A stretch of DNA of 44,143 bases from Haliotis rufescens (taxonomy: Eukaryota): the NCBI RefSeq assembly GCF_023055435.1, contig NW_025964361.1, positions 37,510,001 to 37,554,143 of the forward strand, read 5' to 3'. The notes under the pieces were generated by a model that was not told the origin of the DNA, did not search any database, and worked only from the letters and a program-made list of their open reading frames with translations. Shown piece after piece: positions 13,021 through 25,785 of this stretch (position 1 is the stretch's first letter; each line of letters opens with the position of its first letter). The position numbers were made by a program, and so were the translations under genes.

Positions 13021-13397
13021 ACAAATCCTGACAAATCCACGATAACACTGGTTAAACAATGAACTTATTTAGGTTAATCCTTTGATTGATTTGCTTTTGT
13101 AATTCAACTGATCATTCCTCTCCTTCTGCGCTTTCACATGGATATTACATAAGATACATTTCACCCCACTTCAGATCTTCATTTAGATTTAATAATTACC
13201 CCCAGACACAAGAAATGCCAAATGGGAACCTGTGGCAAGTGGCGCTACTACTATACCTGACAGTAATAAATTCATTAACTGTTCATCAAGTGAGTGGCGA
13301 CAAATACAGGATAGGTGTAGGGTTATACCAGGGAACATGGATGACAACAAGGGAGTAGTAATCGTATTATCCACACAATCCGAAATTACTTTCACAA

Positions 13398-13473
13398 CAG
13401 GGATATTTTTTTATACTAAACTTTAACCATCAGGGATATTTTTTTATACTAAACTTTAACCATCAGGGATATT
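13398..13473. repeat. Short tandem duplication, unit about 33 bp
   Basis: cagggatatt(t)nttatactaaactttaaccat x2 plus a partial copy. Confidence 0.85.
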
Positions 13474-13820
13474 TACAAATAACGACATCCTATGAACTTC
13501 CACCGCTCTTTTTGTCTGTTTGTTTTGGTTGAAGAAATAGATTTACAAGCGCCCTTTGTAAAAAACGAAATCTTCATAGATCACGGGTAACCAGTGTTCA
13601 GAAATGCGTAATACATATTGCCTCAAAGTTAATTTGTTATAAGCTGTCCTTGCAGGCGGTAGCCCAGTCTCTTGTCACAATCAGGGGCGTCAGCGAGCAA
13701 GTCGACTCACGGCAGCGAGTGAGCCCTAGCGGGGAGTGTCAGACAGCCGGGAAGCCCCAGAGATTTGTGCCCCTTTAATATATGTTTTACAGTTCACTCA
13801 CGTTTTACACCTAGGTTCGC

Positions 13821-13916
13821 TCCGAACCCACAATCATAGGTTTCTGGCGTGCCCGAGGGACGCAACTCTGCACAGCGAATCGCGGCGCCTTAGACGACTG
13901 GGCGACCCGTGTCCCC
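13821..13916 (-). mobile_element. SINE family C head fragment
   Basis: Matches 15920-16016. Confidence 0.85.
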
Positions 13917-14394
13917 TCCTCCCCCATGAATCTGACACGCCGTGCGTGATATTACTAAAATAATGTTAAAACGGCGTTAAACTAAATCCGTTTCCCTCAC
14001 AAAAGGAATTCGTTCACTCTGGGTCTCAGTCTGCGTTTGTTACGAAGGTTGTTGAAATATGTAAATATATCAAATATCAAGTATTGATAGTACAGAAGTT
14101 CTGCAACATTATAAACGTCACCCTGTCGATGGCCGTAACTTGCTCGAGTCGGTTGCCATTGACCTTCAATGATTTAACTTCGAAGTAAGTGTCGATATCA
14201 ATAGACTCTACAAAATATGTCAATCACTCCATGTACACTGTCACGTACCACTAAGGGCAATGTGGTAAAGTGATTCAGCTCTATAGTTCCCTTGCCACAA
14301 AATATCACGTGATGTTTTGTTACGATATGCCCAAGCCATTATCACCGCTGTAATCGTATGTCTACCGCAGATGTAGTTAACATTATTTTCTTTA

Positions 14395-14544
14395 GGGGCG
14401 GTGGGGTAGCCTAGTTCGCTCGTCACGCCGAAGACCCGAGTTCGATTCCCCATGAGGGTTCAATATGTGAAGCCCATTTCTGGTGTCTCCAGCCGTGATG
14501 TTGCTTGAATAGTGCTAAAAGCGGCGTAAAACCATACTCACTCA
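14395..14544 (+). mobile_element. SINE family A
   Basis: Colinear with 5483-5644, with a small head deletion. Confidence 0.9.
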
Positions 14545-14568
14545 TACACCCTCTCACAGCCTCCTTAA

Positions 14569-14936
14569 GGTGAGGTGAGCTCAAATGGAGTTTAACGTCG
14601 TGTTCACGATTATTGATTGCACTTATATAGCGCGTGTGCGTGGATGCGTGCGTCTGTGTGTCCTTGTGTGGCTGCTTGTACTAGTACGGACTAATGGCGA
14701 TGTTATGGTGCTGGCCCCCTGAGATACCATGCCATTGTTTGACCACGTCTACCCCACTCAGACACAGTATACTGATTCCGAGCCGACCAGTCCTTGTGGT
14801 AACCCCTCAATGCCGAGGACCAGGCTGGGTAACACGTAGTACCTTGTCCATCTTGTTTTGGTATGACGCGGCCGGGGATCGAACCAACGACCTTCCACTT
14901 TCCGGGCAGACGCTCCATCCACTAGACCACGAAGAC
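14569..14936 (-). mobile_element. SINE family D, full-length
   Basis: Reverse complement of 17790-18135, including the (CACCT)n tail. Confidence 0.88.
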
Positions 14937-15733
14937 TAAGGATGTTAATAGAATTGACAAGCTTTAATATCCTGTATTAGGAACACATGGTGTTTATTCC
15001 TAATACAGGATATTTACTATCCCAAAACACACAAGCGTGATAGCCTTTTTGTCATTTAATGTCATTCTTACATTCTGTCGTCGAAATAACTGTTGTCTTT
15101 TTTTTCAAACATTTCCTAAACAATGCAAGTTTCTTGGAATGTGCGCATTGATATGTATTACTTCAAAATGTCGTAGGTATGTCAGTCGGACAGTGACGCC
15201 AGTCAATATAGTTCCAACTGAAACCTGTTTCTTAGACAGTAGCGTAACTAGTACATATACGCAAAATAACAATTGCCTTCACATATTGTTTCATCTTGTC
15301 TTTAGCGGCAATCCATCGGCCTATTAACGCCCTTAGAAGACCGCCTCCATGGCCCGCTAGAGAAACTTCCCTTTATTAAAGGGAAACTATTCTAACCCTT
15401 GTCTATGAGACGTCACGTTTGTTTAGAGTATGCCTGTCCTGTCATAACGTTACGAAGTGCAGAGTCAGATGTACACTTAGCGACAAAATGACACAAGTCA
15501 ACAATACGGACTTATTTGGGCCAAATCTGTTTTAAATTGAGGAAAAGGTCCCAAGCTCCGAGTTCTACAAGCACAGTTATGGAAACTGATCCCGCTAGGC
15601 TAGTGTCTTTGCTAAATTGTTTAGCTGAATGCCTCAAGTTATGTCCATGTTAGACACTGATTTACAGTATCTAGTAATATTGTATCAAGTTGCGAGCATA
15701 TGTTCGGATGTCCAGAAATGACGACATGCCAGA

Positions 15734-16017
15734 TTGAGTGAGTGAGTGAGTTCGGTTTAACGCCGCTTTTAACAGTATTCCAGTTATATCGCGGCGTGTC
15801 AGCTTAATGTGGGAGGAAAGCCCGAAGTGATGCAGGTCTCAGACGTTTACCACTTCGGTGAAACCCACGAGCACGGGTATGGTGCTGACAAACCTAGAAA
15901 CATAATCGGGGCGAACCGGGATTCGAACCCACAATCATAGGTTTCTGGCGTGCCCAAGGGACGCAACTCTGCACAGCGAATCCCGGCGCCTTAGACACTG
16001 AGCCACCTTTGCCCCCT
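15734..16017 (-). mobile_element. tRNA-derived SINE family C (V-domain-like core), full-length
   Basis: A box TGGCTCAGTG, B box GGTTCGAATCC, core gtgggtttc...tttcctcccac, (ACTC)n tail; 12-bp TSD cgacatgccaga. Confidence 0.92.
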
Positions 16018-16516
16018 CGACATGCCAGAACAATGATGTACAGTTCGCATGACACAGACTGAACTCCCAGAAAAAAACACAACACAATTGCACGTGCTCC
16101 AACTTTCATTATCCCGCATTTAAGTGCAGCATATCACTGCGGTTGCTCGCAGTATAACATCCGGTACATCCGGTATCGTAAAATACGGACAAAACACTAT
16201 AGGCTTCCTTAGCCAGCAAAAACCGAAATACTCATTTTTAAGCTGAAACACTTCAAATGATTTATCGTGAAATAACGTATTTCCAGGTGCATATCTTTCT
16301 GCAATATCTGGATGAAGACTAGGAACGTGTGATGTAGGATGATCGGCCCACAACGCAAATAAACCCTTGAGTTCAATGTATCAGCAAGCCGTGATATAAC
16401 TCGAATACTGTTCAAAGCGACGCTAATCCCAAATCACTCAATCTCTCCATGCATCACATCTAAACAAACCTGTGAGTCATTCTGCACTGAGGAACACTAT
16501 TGTACATGTGTTGTAG

Positions 16517-16611
16517 AAGCTGTTCCGAGCGCTGGATGAGGATGGGAACAAGGTGATTTCCCTGGAGGAATTCCTCAACAAGATGCCCAACATCAGCACC
16601 GGACAGAGAAA
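16517..16611 (+). CDS. EF-hand gene 1, coding exon 2 (95 nt)
   Basis: Acceptor ttgtag; KLFRALDEDGNKVISLEEFLNKMPNISTGQR; phase-2 donor AA|GTAGGT; EF2 loop DEDGNKVISLEE. Confidence 0.9.
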
Positions 16612-16784
16612 GTAGGTCAGCCTTTCTTGTTAGGTGATTATGTGTTAAGAGTTAGTGAGAGGGATGCCAAAGCTTATACAGCAATAGAGGCACAAAATAT
16701 CGCTTAAGAATGATTTTTTATATATCGAACATGAAAATCGAACAAGACTTCAATACTTTGTCATAAACATTCTTTAATCTACAG

Positions 16785-16989
16785 TTGCGCCCACCTGCGA
16801 CAGATCTTCCAGACAGTGGACAAGAACGGTGACGGCTATCTGACGACGGATGAACTGTACGACGTCATCATGAGTTCTGGGCGGCCATTCCGGATGTCGA
16901 TGGTCAAAGGTGTCGTGGAGAAACTGGACAAGTCAGGCGATGGACGGCTGAACTTTGAGGAATTCCTGAACATGATTGACTTGGCATAA
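16785..16989 (+). CDS. EF-hand gene 1, coding exon 3 (terminal)
   Basis: Acceptor tctacag; (N)CAHLRQIFQTVDKNGDGYLTTDELYDVIMSSGRPFRMSMVKGVVEKLDKSGDGRLNFEEFLNMIDLA-TAA; two canonical EF loops; AATAAA at 17064. Confidence 0.92.
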
Positions 16990-17789
16990 AACTTACATAG
17001 AACTTCGCCTCCCCTTAATAAGCATCATTTATAGAATATAATAGTGTTAAATAGTGTTAATGTAATAAATATATCTAACAATAGCAGTTTTATTTTGTTC
17101 CTATGTCTTTTTCCTGCGGCACAGTGATATACGTCTGCTCCCCTCCTCCACTCCCCCATTGACACACGCACGCATACACAGGCACACACGCGCACACACA
17201 TCAAAATGGATGCTCCCAAAGTATGACTTATAAAGAATTGAAAGGCACGTACGTAAGGAAAACATTATGTGTGAGAGGAAGTCCTTTACACAAGATGACT
17301 GTTTTACATTGTATGCTTATGTTCAAATATTAGAAATAAACTTCCTGCAAACGTCTACGACCAGCCCATTTGACACATTTAGCCTTATTTATGCATTACG
17401 AGTTGGTATAAGTCCAAAACATGCAATTGTCGAAATGAACAAAATTTAATTCTCATTCATATTGTACAATGTGATTTCCTACTTGAAACGCAGTGGTTAA
17501 CCAAAAAATTTGTACTTTAAGAAGAAAATTGTGAAATCAGTACAAAACCACACCAGATCAATGAGTAATCAGTAAATTATTTTAAAACACAGTTTTAGGT
17601 TTACACAAATACAATGGGTCAAATATTTGGCAACAACAATACGTTACAGGCTCTCGAATTGCACTTCAGTTCAGAATAGTGTCACTGTTGTCTGTCTTCA
17701 AAGAGGCCTCTTGAATCCGGAACAGTGTTGTAGGCTGGCCGGGGTTTGGTATTTTCAGATAGGTATCCAAACCGTGCTTAGCAAGTGTT

Positions 17790-18135
17790 GCTCTCTGTGG
17801 TAGAGCGTTCGCCCGGAGAGCGGAAGGTCCGGGGTTCGATCCCCGGCCGCGTCATACCAAAAGACGTTAAAAGATGGTACTTGTTGTTACCCTGTCCGGC
17901 GCTCGGCATTAAGGGGCTAAAACAAGGACTGGTCGGCTCGGAGTCAGTATACTGTGTCTGAGTGGGGTATTCATGTTAAAACTGCGGCATGGTATCTCAG
18001 TGAGCTAGCACTATAAATCGGCATCAGTCCGGACTAGTACACGCAGCCACTCAAACACATACTCGTACATGCACGTCGCTATATAAGTGCAATAATCTTG
18101 GACGCGACGTTAAACCCAATTTCACCTCACCTCAC
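17790..18135 (+). mobile_element. SINE family D (Meta/MESC-like core)
   Basis: tRNA-like head with GGTTCGATCCC; core gtcataccaaaagacg...ggcgctcggcattaaggg; tail gcgacgttaaac...(cacct)n. Confidence 0.9.
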
Positions 18136-18497
18136 CTTATTATAGTTAGTTAGCCTTCTAGAATTTGTCCCATCCCGAACCATCAAGCCTGTCATTGTAT
18201 ACAAGGAACAGATAACTCCAACGTCAAAACGTTACTAGACTGAAAACAGTCTGCCAACTTAAGCTTAAGGTCCAAACCCGACCTATGATACCCGTATCAA
18301 ATATATCACCATCGATTAGCTATTTCTTGTTTGTTTCATATTAGCTACCATCAAACATGGGCGTTTACTCTGTATTGCCCGCCAGTGTTTCAATCATTTG
18401 TCGACAGTATCGTGGAACATATTTCCAACAATTCCTAATGCCGCCAGTCTTCACATAACAATACGGACACATCTGATTACTTTCATAATGCGTTTAA

Positions 18498-18750
18498 GAA
18501 GATCCGGGGTAGAATAGGTCTTCAGCTTCCCATGCTTGCCTAAAAGGCGACTGTGCCTGTCGTTAGAAGTTCTTACATGATCGGGTGGTCAGGCTCGCTG
18601 ACTTGGTTGATGTCATCGTATCCCAGCTGTGTAGATCGATGCTCATGATGTCAATCACTGGATTGTCTGGTCCAGGCTAGATTTATTTACAGACCGCCGT
18701 CATATAGCTGGAATATTGCAGAGTGCGGCGTTAAACAACAAACAAACAAA
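18498..18750 (+). mobile_element. Family B, near full-length
   Basis: Colinear with other B copies; TSD core gcgtttaa on both sides. Confidence 0.9.
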
Positions 18751-18967
18751 CATATAGCGTTTAAAGGTTTAAGTCATGCATATCCTTGGGTCCAAAGAGG
18801 AATCGAATATTACTTCGTTATTCATACGTACTATAATGCTTCTTTTTAAATACAGTGTTAAAAAAGGACAAGGGCAGAGACAAGCATCCCTAGTTGCATG
18901 CTTCAACCAGTTACAAAACATAGTAAATTACACTTTCATTTCTGAGTTCCAATTCTCCTTGAGTTCC

Positions 18968-19128
18968 GGGGGCGGTCGGGTAGCATAGTGGTTAAAACGT
19001 TCGCTCGTCACGTCGAAGACACGGGTTCGATTCCCGACATGGGTAAAATGTGTGAAATCCATTTCTGGTGTCCCCTGACGTGATTATACTGGAATATTGC
19101 TAAAAGCGGCGTAAAACCATACTCACTC
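18968..19128 (+). mobile_element. SINE family A
   Basis: Colinear with 5483-5644. Confidence 0.92.
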
Positions 19129-19483
19129 CATTAGATTGTCTGCAGGTGTCATCATGGTTGTGTTGTAAGCTGTCGGTAGTAGGTACAGTAGGGTTAGCCG
19201 CTTGTCCCCTCTTGGTTACAGCCATGTCGGTGACATAAACCTTGTGCAAGTGTAAGTTAGGCACAAATATGCCTAGGTTGTGTCGCATATCACTGTAATG
19301 GCTTTCAGTATTTGTCGCACCTGTCACTCGTTAATACTGTATACTATGTAATGCGTGTGTGTGTGAGAGCTGTTTCTATATACTGTATTCAACATAACGT
19401 ATGTGTATTGAAAACAAGAAACCCTACACCAGTGACAAGATAATGCATTTTACTAATTTTCTGGAAACTAAAAAACGTTAAGG

Positions 19484-20580
19484 TCGTCTGTGTACAAGTG
19501 TACATCTGCTGTGTACAAGTTCACGTCCGCTGTGTACAAGTTCACGTCTGCTGTATACAAGTGCACATCTGTTATGTACAAGTGCTCGTCTGTTGTGTAC
19601 AAGTGGTCGTCTGCAATGTACAAGTGGACGTCTGCAATGTACAAGTGGACGTCTGCTATGTACAAGTGGAAGTCTGCTTGTACGTCTGCCATGTACATTT
19701 GGAAGTCTGCTGTGTACATTTGGACGTATGCTGTACACGTCTGCTATGTACATTTGGACGTCTGCTATGTACGTCTGCTGTGTACAAGTGGACGTCTGCT
19801 GTGTACAAGTGGACGTCTGCTGTGCACAAGTGGACGTCTGCTGTGTACGTCTGCTATGTACAAGTGCACGCCTGCTACATGTATGTACAAGTGGACGTCT
19901 GGTGTGTACAAGTGCTCGGCTGCTATGTACAAGAGGATGTCTGCTGTGTACAAGTGGACGTCTGCTATCTACAAGTGGACGTCTGCTATGTACAAGTGGA
20001 CGTCTGCTGTGTACAAGTGCTCGTCTGCTATGTACAAGTGGACGTCTGCTGTGTACAAGTAGACGTCTGCTGTGCACCTCTGCTATGTTCAAGTGGAAGT
20101 CTGCTGTGTACAAGTGTACGTCTGCTATGTACAAGTGGACGTCTGCTGTGCACCTCTGCTGTGTACAAGTGGACGTCTGCTGTGTACAAGTAGACGTCTG
20201 CTGTGCACCTCTGCTATGTACAAGTGGAAGTCTGCTGTGTACAAGTGTACGTCTGCTATGTACAAGTGGACGTCTGCTATGTACAAGTGGAGGTCTGCTA
20301 TGTACAAGTGGACGTCTGCTATGTACAAGTGGAAGTCTGCTGTGTACAAGTGGAAGTCTGCTGTGTGCAGGTTCACGTCAGCTGTGTACAAGTGGACGTC
20401 TGCTGTGTACAAGTGCACGTCTGCTATGTACAAGTGGAAGTCTGCTGTGTACAAGTGGAAGACTGCTGTGTGCAGGTTCACGTCTGCTGTGTACAAGTGG
20501 ACGTCTGCTGTGTTCAAGTGCACGTCTGCTGTGTACAAGTGGAAGTCTGCTGTGTGCAGGTGCACGTCTGCTGTGTACAC
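19484..20580. repeat. 21-bp minisatellite, about 50 copies
   Basis: Unit tgtacaagtggacgtctgct(g/a), with some shortened units; explains the stacked repetitive ORFs on both strands. Confidence 0.97.
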
Positions 20581-20644
20581 CAAGGCACCAACGCTCAGAA
20601 ATACCGACTGTGTGTCTACCAACCTGCACAACCAGGAAGTACGA

Positions 20645-20653
20645 TATAAATAG
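20645..20653 (+). promoter_or_regulatory. Candidate TATA box of EF-hand gene 2
   Basis: TATAAATAG 86 nt upstream of ATG 20731, with Inr-like TCAGAC at about 20669. Confidence 0.55.
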
Positions 20654-20730
20654 CAGTCTCGCTACGTATCAGACTGTCGTCCTGTATAACAACGGTGCGA
20701 CATATTTGAAAGTCTGTCCGAGTCCGAGCG

Positions 20731-20877
20731 ATGGCCCTACTATCCCAGAGGGAGAAACAGCTGTACACCGCGTTCTTCCACCAGGTGGACACTGATGGGA
20801 ATGGATACATCACCCTGGATGAACTGGCAGCCTTGTGCAAAAGACTCAAGTTCGATATGACACGACAACAGATTGTG
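20731..20877 (+). CDS. EF-hand gene 2 (calmodulin-like, 146 aa), coding exon 1
   Basis: MALLSQREKQLYTAFFHQVDTDGNGYITLDELAALCKRLKFDMTRQQIV; canonical loop DTDGNGYITLDE; phase-0 donor GTG|GTATGT. Confidence 0.92.
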
Positions 20878-20967
20878 GTATGTACGCGAACCCATATGTC
20901 CGTCTGTGCTGTGATGTAACCAGGGTGTCGTACATATCATTATTGTTACAGAATCAATACTAAATAT

Positions 20968-21106
20968 AATATCGTCATTGTTTCAGATGTAGTAGGGTTA
21001 TATCGTCATTGTTTCAGGTGAAGTATTGTTATATCGTCATTGTTTCAGACGTAGTGGTGTTATATCGTCACTGTTTCAGATGTAGAAGGGGTTATATCGT
21101 CATTGT
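20968..21106. repeat. 31-bp tandem repeat, about 4.5 copies, in intron 1 of gene 2
   Basis: tatatcgtcattgtttcagatgtagtagggt at 31-nt spacing. Confidence 0.9.
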
Positions 21107-21336
21107 CATATGTTTTCAGTTACTGCAAGAAAAACAGATATTTTGAAATTAAAACTATGAGCCTAAATAACAAAAAAGATTAAGAAGCCTATGTTTGTGG
21201 CAGCCAATTTCTTTCTTGCTTCAAAAGCTTGAAGCTTAAATATTATTTTCTGGGACACGATATCCCAACTCCACAATCCCCGAATTGGGTCAACACAGTA
21301 TTCATTCAGCTTTGTTGACAATTTTTTTATTCACAG

Positions 21337-21431
21337 GATATCTTCATGTCCATGGATACCGACCAAAACCTAATCATCACATTAAATGAATTTCTGGCTG
21401 CCATGCCAAATATTGAACAGGAGAAACGCTC
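21337..21431 (+). CDS. EF-hand gene 2, coding exon 2 (95 nt)
   Basis: Acceptor tttttttattcacag; DIFMSMDTDQNLIITLNEFLAAMPNIEQEKR; phase-2 donor TC|GTGAGT. Confidence 0.92.
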
Positions 21432-21759
21432 GTGAGTATCCTTTAATCTAACCCCGAACTAGTAAAGCTGGTGGGATTCACAGGTGTAAGGACATGCATA
21501 CTGCTTGTACAAATATTAAACGTCAACCCCAGAGAAAAACCAGTCTCGATTATCCTAAGAAACAGATTCTTTTGGCTGTAAAAGACAAACTAGCGAACAA
21601 AAGAACTAAATTTTGTGTTATTGAAAATAACAAGTTGTGAACCCACTACTTGGCCCTTCGTCTGATCAATACTTTATAATAACATATTCATTGACAAAAC
21701 TCATACCTGGTAACAAGAGAAAAACCGACATGCCCTGAAAGAGGGGTGGTGTAACAATT

Positions 21760-22520
21760 CAAATATCAATATCGGGAGTGACCGCCATTTGCGTCGATAC
21801 AGGCTAGGCAACATTGAAGACACCAGATGATTAAAAACAGCCTGGGGGATATTGTTCCATTTGTCAACCAATGATTGGCGCAACTGAGCTAGCGTTACCA
21901 GCTGCTGCCGATCCTGTCGTAGTCATCGATCTATCTTCACCTGGAGATGTTTTTTAGGAGAGAGGTCTGGAGAAACAGTAGTCCATGGCAGTACAGCAAT
22001 GTTATGCTGCCTCAAAAATATGTTATAACACGTGCAACATGCGGGCGGCCATTATCTTGCTCAAACGTGACGATACATCTCTGCATTTGGGCAAACGGTA
22101 GAGCATGATCTCGAACGATGTGGCCCTGTTAGTGTACGCCATTCAAATTGCCATTAACGATGATGAGGTGTGTACTTCCATGGGTTGTGATGCCACCCTA
22201 AACCGTTACACGTTGAGTAACGTAAGCGTCGCTTAAACGTTCTTCTGGACGCCTGTAGACCCTTGCACGACCTTCAAAGCTGTCCAGACAGAACCCGGAC
22301 TCATCAGTACATTGTACTGCCCCAGTCTTGTCTTCTGAACCTGAGATGATATCTAAACCCATGCTATGCGCGCCTGACGGTGACAAGGAAGCAAAATCCG
22401 GCGCTTCGCTGGACGTCGGGGTTGTGCCACCTCAACCGGTTGCGTACAGTTCTGCAACTAATTGATCTAAACTCAGCAATTGTTAGGGCTGTTGATATGG
22501 CAATTTGGTGTCGATTCCGT
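21760..22520 (-). mobile_element. Decayed Tc1-family (DD34E-type) transposase in intron 2 of gene 2
   Basis: Minus-strand motifs in the expected order: TDESGFCL..GRARVYRR; FEQDNGRPHVAR; LPWTTVSPDLSP; WNNIPQAVFNHLVSSM; broken by frameshifts and stops. Confidence 0.85.
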
Positions 22521-23095
22521 AGATTTACCAACCGAATATGCTTATCTTATTGAAGTGAGCGTTGTCCTGCTGTAGATAACGTCTCCGAAGAGATAATATT
22601 GTGTTTCCATGAAATTGGCAACTTTGTTTTCCGCCATTCCTGTTTGCAGCACACCCACGGCGCGTAGATGTTAAGCTTTGCGTAAGCGTATTTACAGTAA
22701 AACAAAAGTGTTTTATGGGCACCTGATAGCCAAACAATTATTATGGGATGTTCACATTCAAAAACAGCGTGTAAGAGTATCATGATCCCAACAAACAAGC
22801 AAACACCATCATTGTACACCGTGCATTAACATGCACAGTGGAAACTGTAAATCACCACCTTAAATTCGAGGAGATGTCTTCATGAAAATGTATTGAAAGA
22901 TGAAGTATTTAATTTAAGAATAGGTACATATTTTTTACAATTTTAAGCCAGGTGATATTCGAATACTGGCCATACAAACAAGTAGTGGATATCTATGCAC
23001 ACAAACAGCCAGGCCACAGACTGTAACCTACCAATTCTCATTAGCTGCTTCTTAGAACAAGCTAAGAGTACTTGAGACCATCTCCCCCCACCATC

Positions 23096-23104
23096 ACCCC
23101 CCCC

Positions 23105-23137
<33 letters not shown>
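23096..23137. repeat. Poly-C plus (CT)n microsatellite
   Basis: Direct reading. Confidence 0.95.
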
Positions 23138-23374
23138 AACCACTATGAGTTATCAACTTTGTATGTCGTTATATGTGTGCGTAAATATATGAGCATTTAT
23201 TATTTTTTTTAAATGAATTAAACCAAATTAACCTTTCAAATTCAAATTCTCCCCTTCAAGCCTAATCTTCTCTACACAACGTATGGTGGAAGTTTGGTTG
23301 TCACTTCCCGAGTATAGCAGTACAACGATTTGAAAAAAGGAGATATGGGTGATACTGTGAACTTGACTTTTCAG

Positions 23375-23573
23375 GCGTGGTGAGATGAGGTGGGCTTTTG
23401 ATCAGATAGACACGGATGACAGTGGTCTGCTGGACGCTGACGAGCTGAGGGACGTGCTGACCAAATGTGGACGTTCGTTCACGTTGTCGGAAGTGAAGCG
23501 TCTCATTGCCCATTTCGACGTTAACGGTGATGGGAAGTTGGACTTTGATGAATTTGTGACTCTGTTTGCCTAG
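23375..23573 (+). CDS. EF-hand gene 2, coding exon 3 (terminal)
   Basis: Acceptor cttttcag; (S)RGEMRWAFDQIDTDDSGLLDADELRDVLTKCGRSFTLSEVKRLIAHFDVNGDGKLDFDEFVTLFA-TAG. Confidence 0.92.
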
Positions 23574-25785
23574 GACTACATATAACGACCTTACGCTACG
23601 ACGACCGTACGTGCAAAGTTCGCTTTGTGGAAAGAAGACCAGGTGGCGAAGGTACTGACAAAATACGTCGGTAAAAAACATCGATGGCAACGTAACACCA
23701 TATGCGACAATCAGCAGCTTTAATACAAAGAAAGGAAAAGGAAGTCATGATCAGTATATTCTGATCAATATAATGACAAGGTAGTGCACAGAATAACAAC
23801 ATTTCATTAATGCAACAAATCATAATTATTGTTATATATGTTATAACGATTTTACTGTATTGATATGTGGAAATGCTATTTTTTACGTAAATGTATTCAA
23901 AGTACACAAAACGGAAGGTACAACTGCTCTTTCGGAAAATACAATACACCCATGGGCAGTATCCAATCTAATTTAATTCATGATTGTATTAAGTGTTGCC
24001 ATCGAAGCCATTATTTATCCCAAGACGAAGCTTGCCAAAGAGTGCTTTGTTTAGCGTCTCTAGGGCTTGCTACCCAGAAGCTCAGATGGGAAGTTATAAC
24101 GCTGCTGCCGTGTGCTGCCGTGTGCTGCCGTGTGCAGAAAGGCCATGAACGTGACACCTATTGGTCTTCCAGCCTTTGGGTATCACTCAGGGACATCCTT
24201 CAAGAGATTTTACAAGTATATTGCGTCAGCCCGACTCGCCACTCTGTAGCATAGTGTGTATGTCATTGCATTTAGGTGCATATGATTAAAACAAACCGTC
24301 GAAATTTCGAATTGAAATCATGTACGACGTCTGTCTTAACTCCATAGTGTTCAGAACGATTACTTTTCACATGAAGAAATTCAACTTGATCAAATTATAA
24401 ATTTGAATAAATACATATCACAGATATGTGTTACTGTAGCTCTCGGAACACACATTCAGTGGACACAAATTCTACATTGAATATGACTCCATGTGGCAAG
24501 TTTCAGTACATGCCTTGAAACGTCGCTAAGAAGAAAAACATGCAATTTCAAAGTAAATCTTTAGTAAAAGTAATTCTGGAATTATATCATATACCACATC
24601 GATGTTTTAGCTTCAAACACATGCTATACATTTGCCCCCTCTCATAGTTTAATGTCCCGATTGAGGTACAGGGACACACAACCTGATACGCGATATCTTC
24701 ACATACGTATATAAGAGATGTTCGCTATTTATAAAGTGGTGCGAACGTAACGTAACATATATTTTTCAATATCATTTATTTATAGTTTTAGCTCACAGGA
24801 TATGAATGATAATTATATATTTAAGAAATAAACGACTCTGGTCGTTGTTTATCGTGCAATAAGACACAGCAGGGAGTATAAACCACGAGGGGCGACTCTC
24901 TGAGTTACGATCTGAGGATGCCTAAACAGTGGCGTCAGATGACCCCTGATCCAACTTCAGCCGCCTAATTTAAAAGAAAGATGCATGGGTTCTTGAGCCA
25001 TCCAGCTGTCAGCTTTCTGAAACGATTCGGCTTCATATTTTTACCGCCTCTTTTCGGAAATTTCGATTTATACAAATGAAAACCCAGACAGAGCACAATT
25101 AGTTCTTCATTAATTGGCACTCAGAAACGACAGGATGAATGAAATGTGTCAGCAATATAATAGCAGATTTATACTTTCGGAACTTGTATTTTTAGTTCGA
25201 TTTCGAGATACAGAAATCAGATGTGCTGGTTTCAATGGTTGGCTCACTCGTTTCGAGAATTTACATGTCTCGACGCTGATTGGCAAATCAGAAAGTCTTA
25301 TGGACGTGAAGTATCGTATCAGTGGAAAAGATTAAAATAAAATTGCGATATCATATAACTGAAATACTGTTGAAACGGCTTCGAAACGAACTCACTCACA
25401 AAAGATCATTATGATAGAATTACACATTTGACTTGAAAAAAATCCAGATAGGAATGAACGGTGCAATTAAGATTTAAAAATTCAAATAATTGAATATATA
25501 TCAGCGAGTATTCTGATCATTAAAGAACAGTACAATACATATCGCACGTGCATTGAAGTACTTGTACATGTGCGGGAGTAATGACTCGTCAATATGGACA
25601 TTAGGTAAACCGGTTTAACGAGTGCCAGTGTTCTTAAGAAAAGATTTCAATATTGTGTGCACGTCGATTTTAAGGTGTATATCTCAATAAACGCAAAATA
25701 AATTAGTAAATAATATTTAAGTCAATTCTGAAAAATAAATTAGTCAGCAATAACTTCACATATATCTTATTTCATCACATATTTT

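Noticed and set aside
19468-20795. Up to 400-aa Cys-rich or His-rich repetitive ORFs
   Set aside because: Products of the 21-bp minisatellite, open in many frames on both strands, with frequent frame-shifting short units
20731-23573. Assigning the symbol for calmodulin, centrin or troponin C to the EF-hand genes
   Set aside because: The sequences are far from the invariant calmodulin sequence and I recognise no diagnostic match to the others, so no symbol is given
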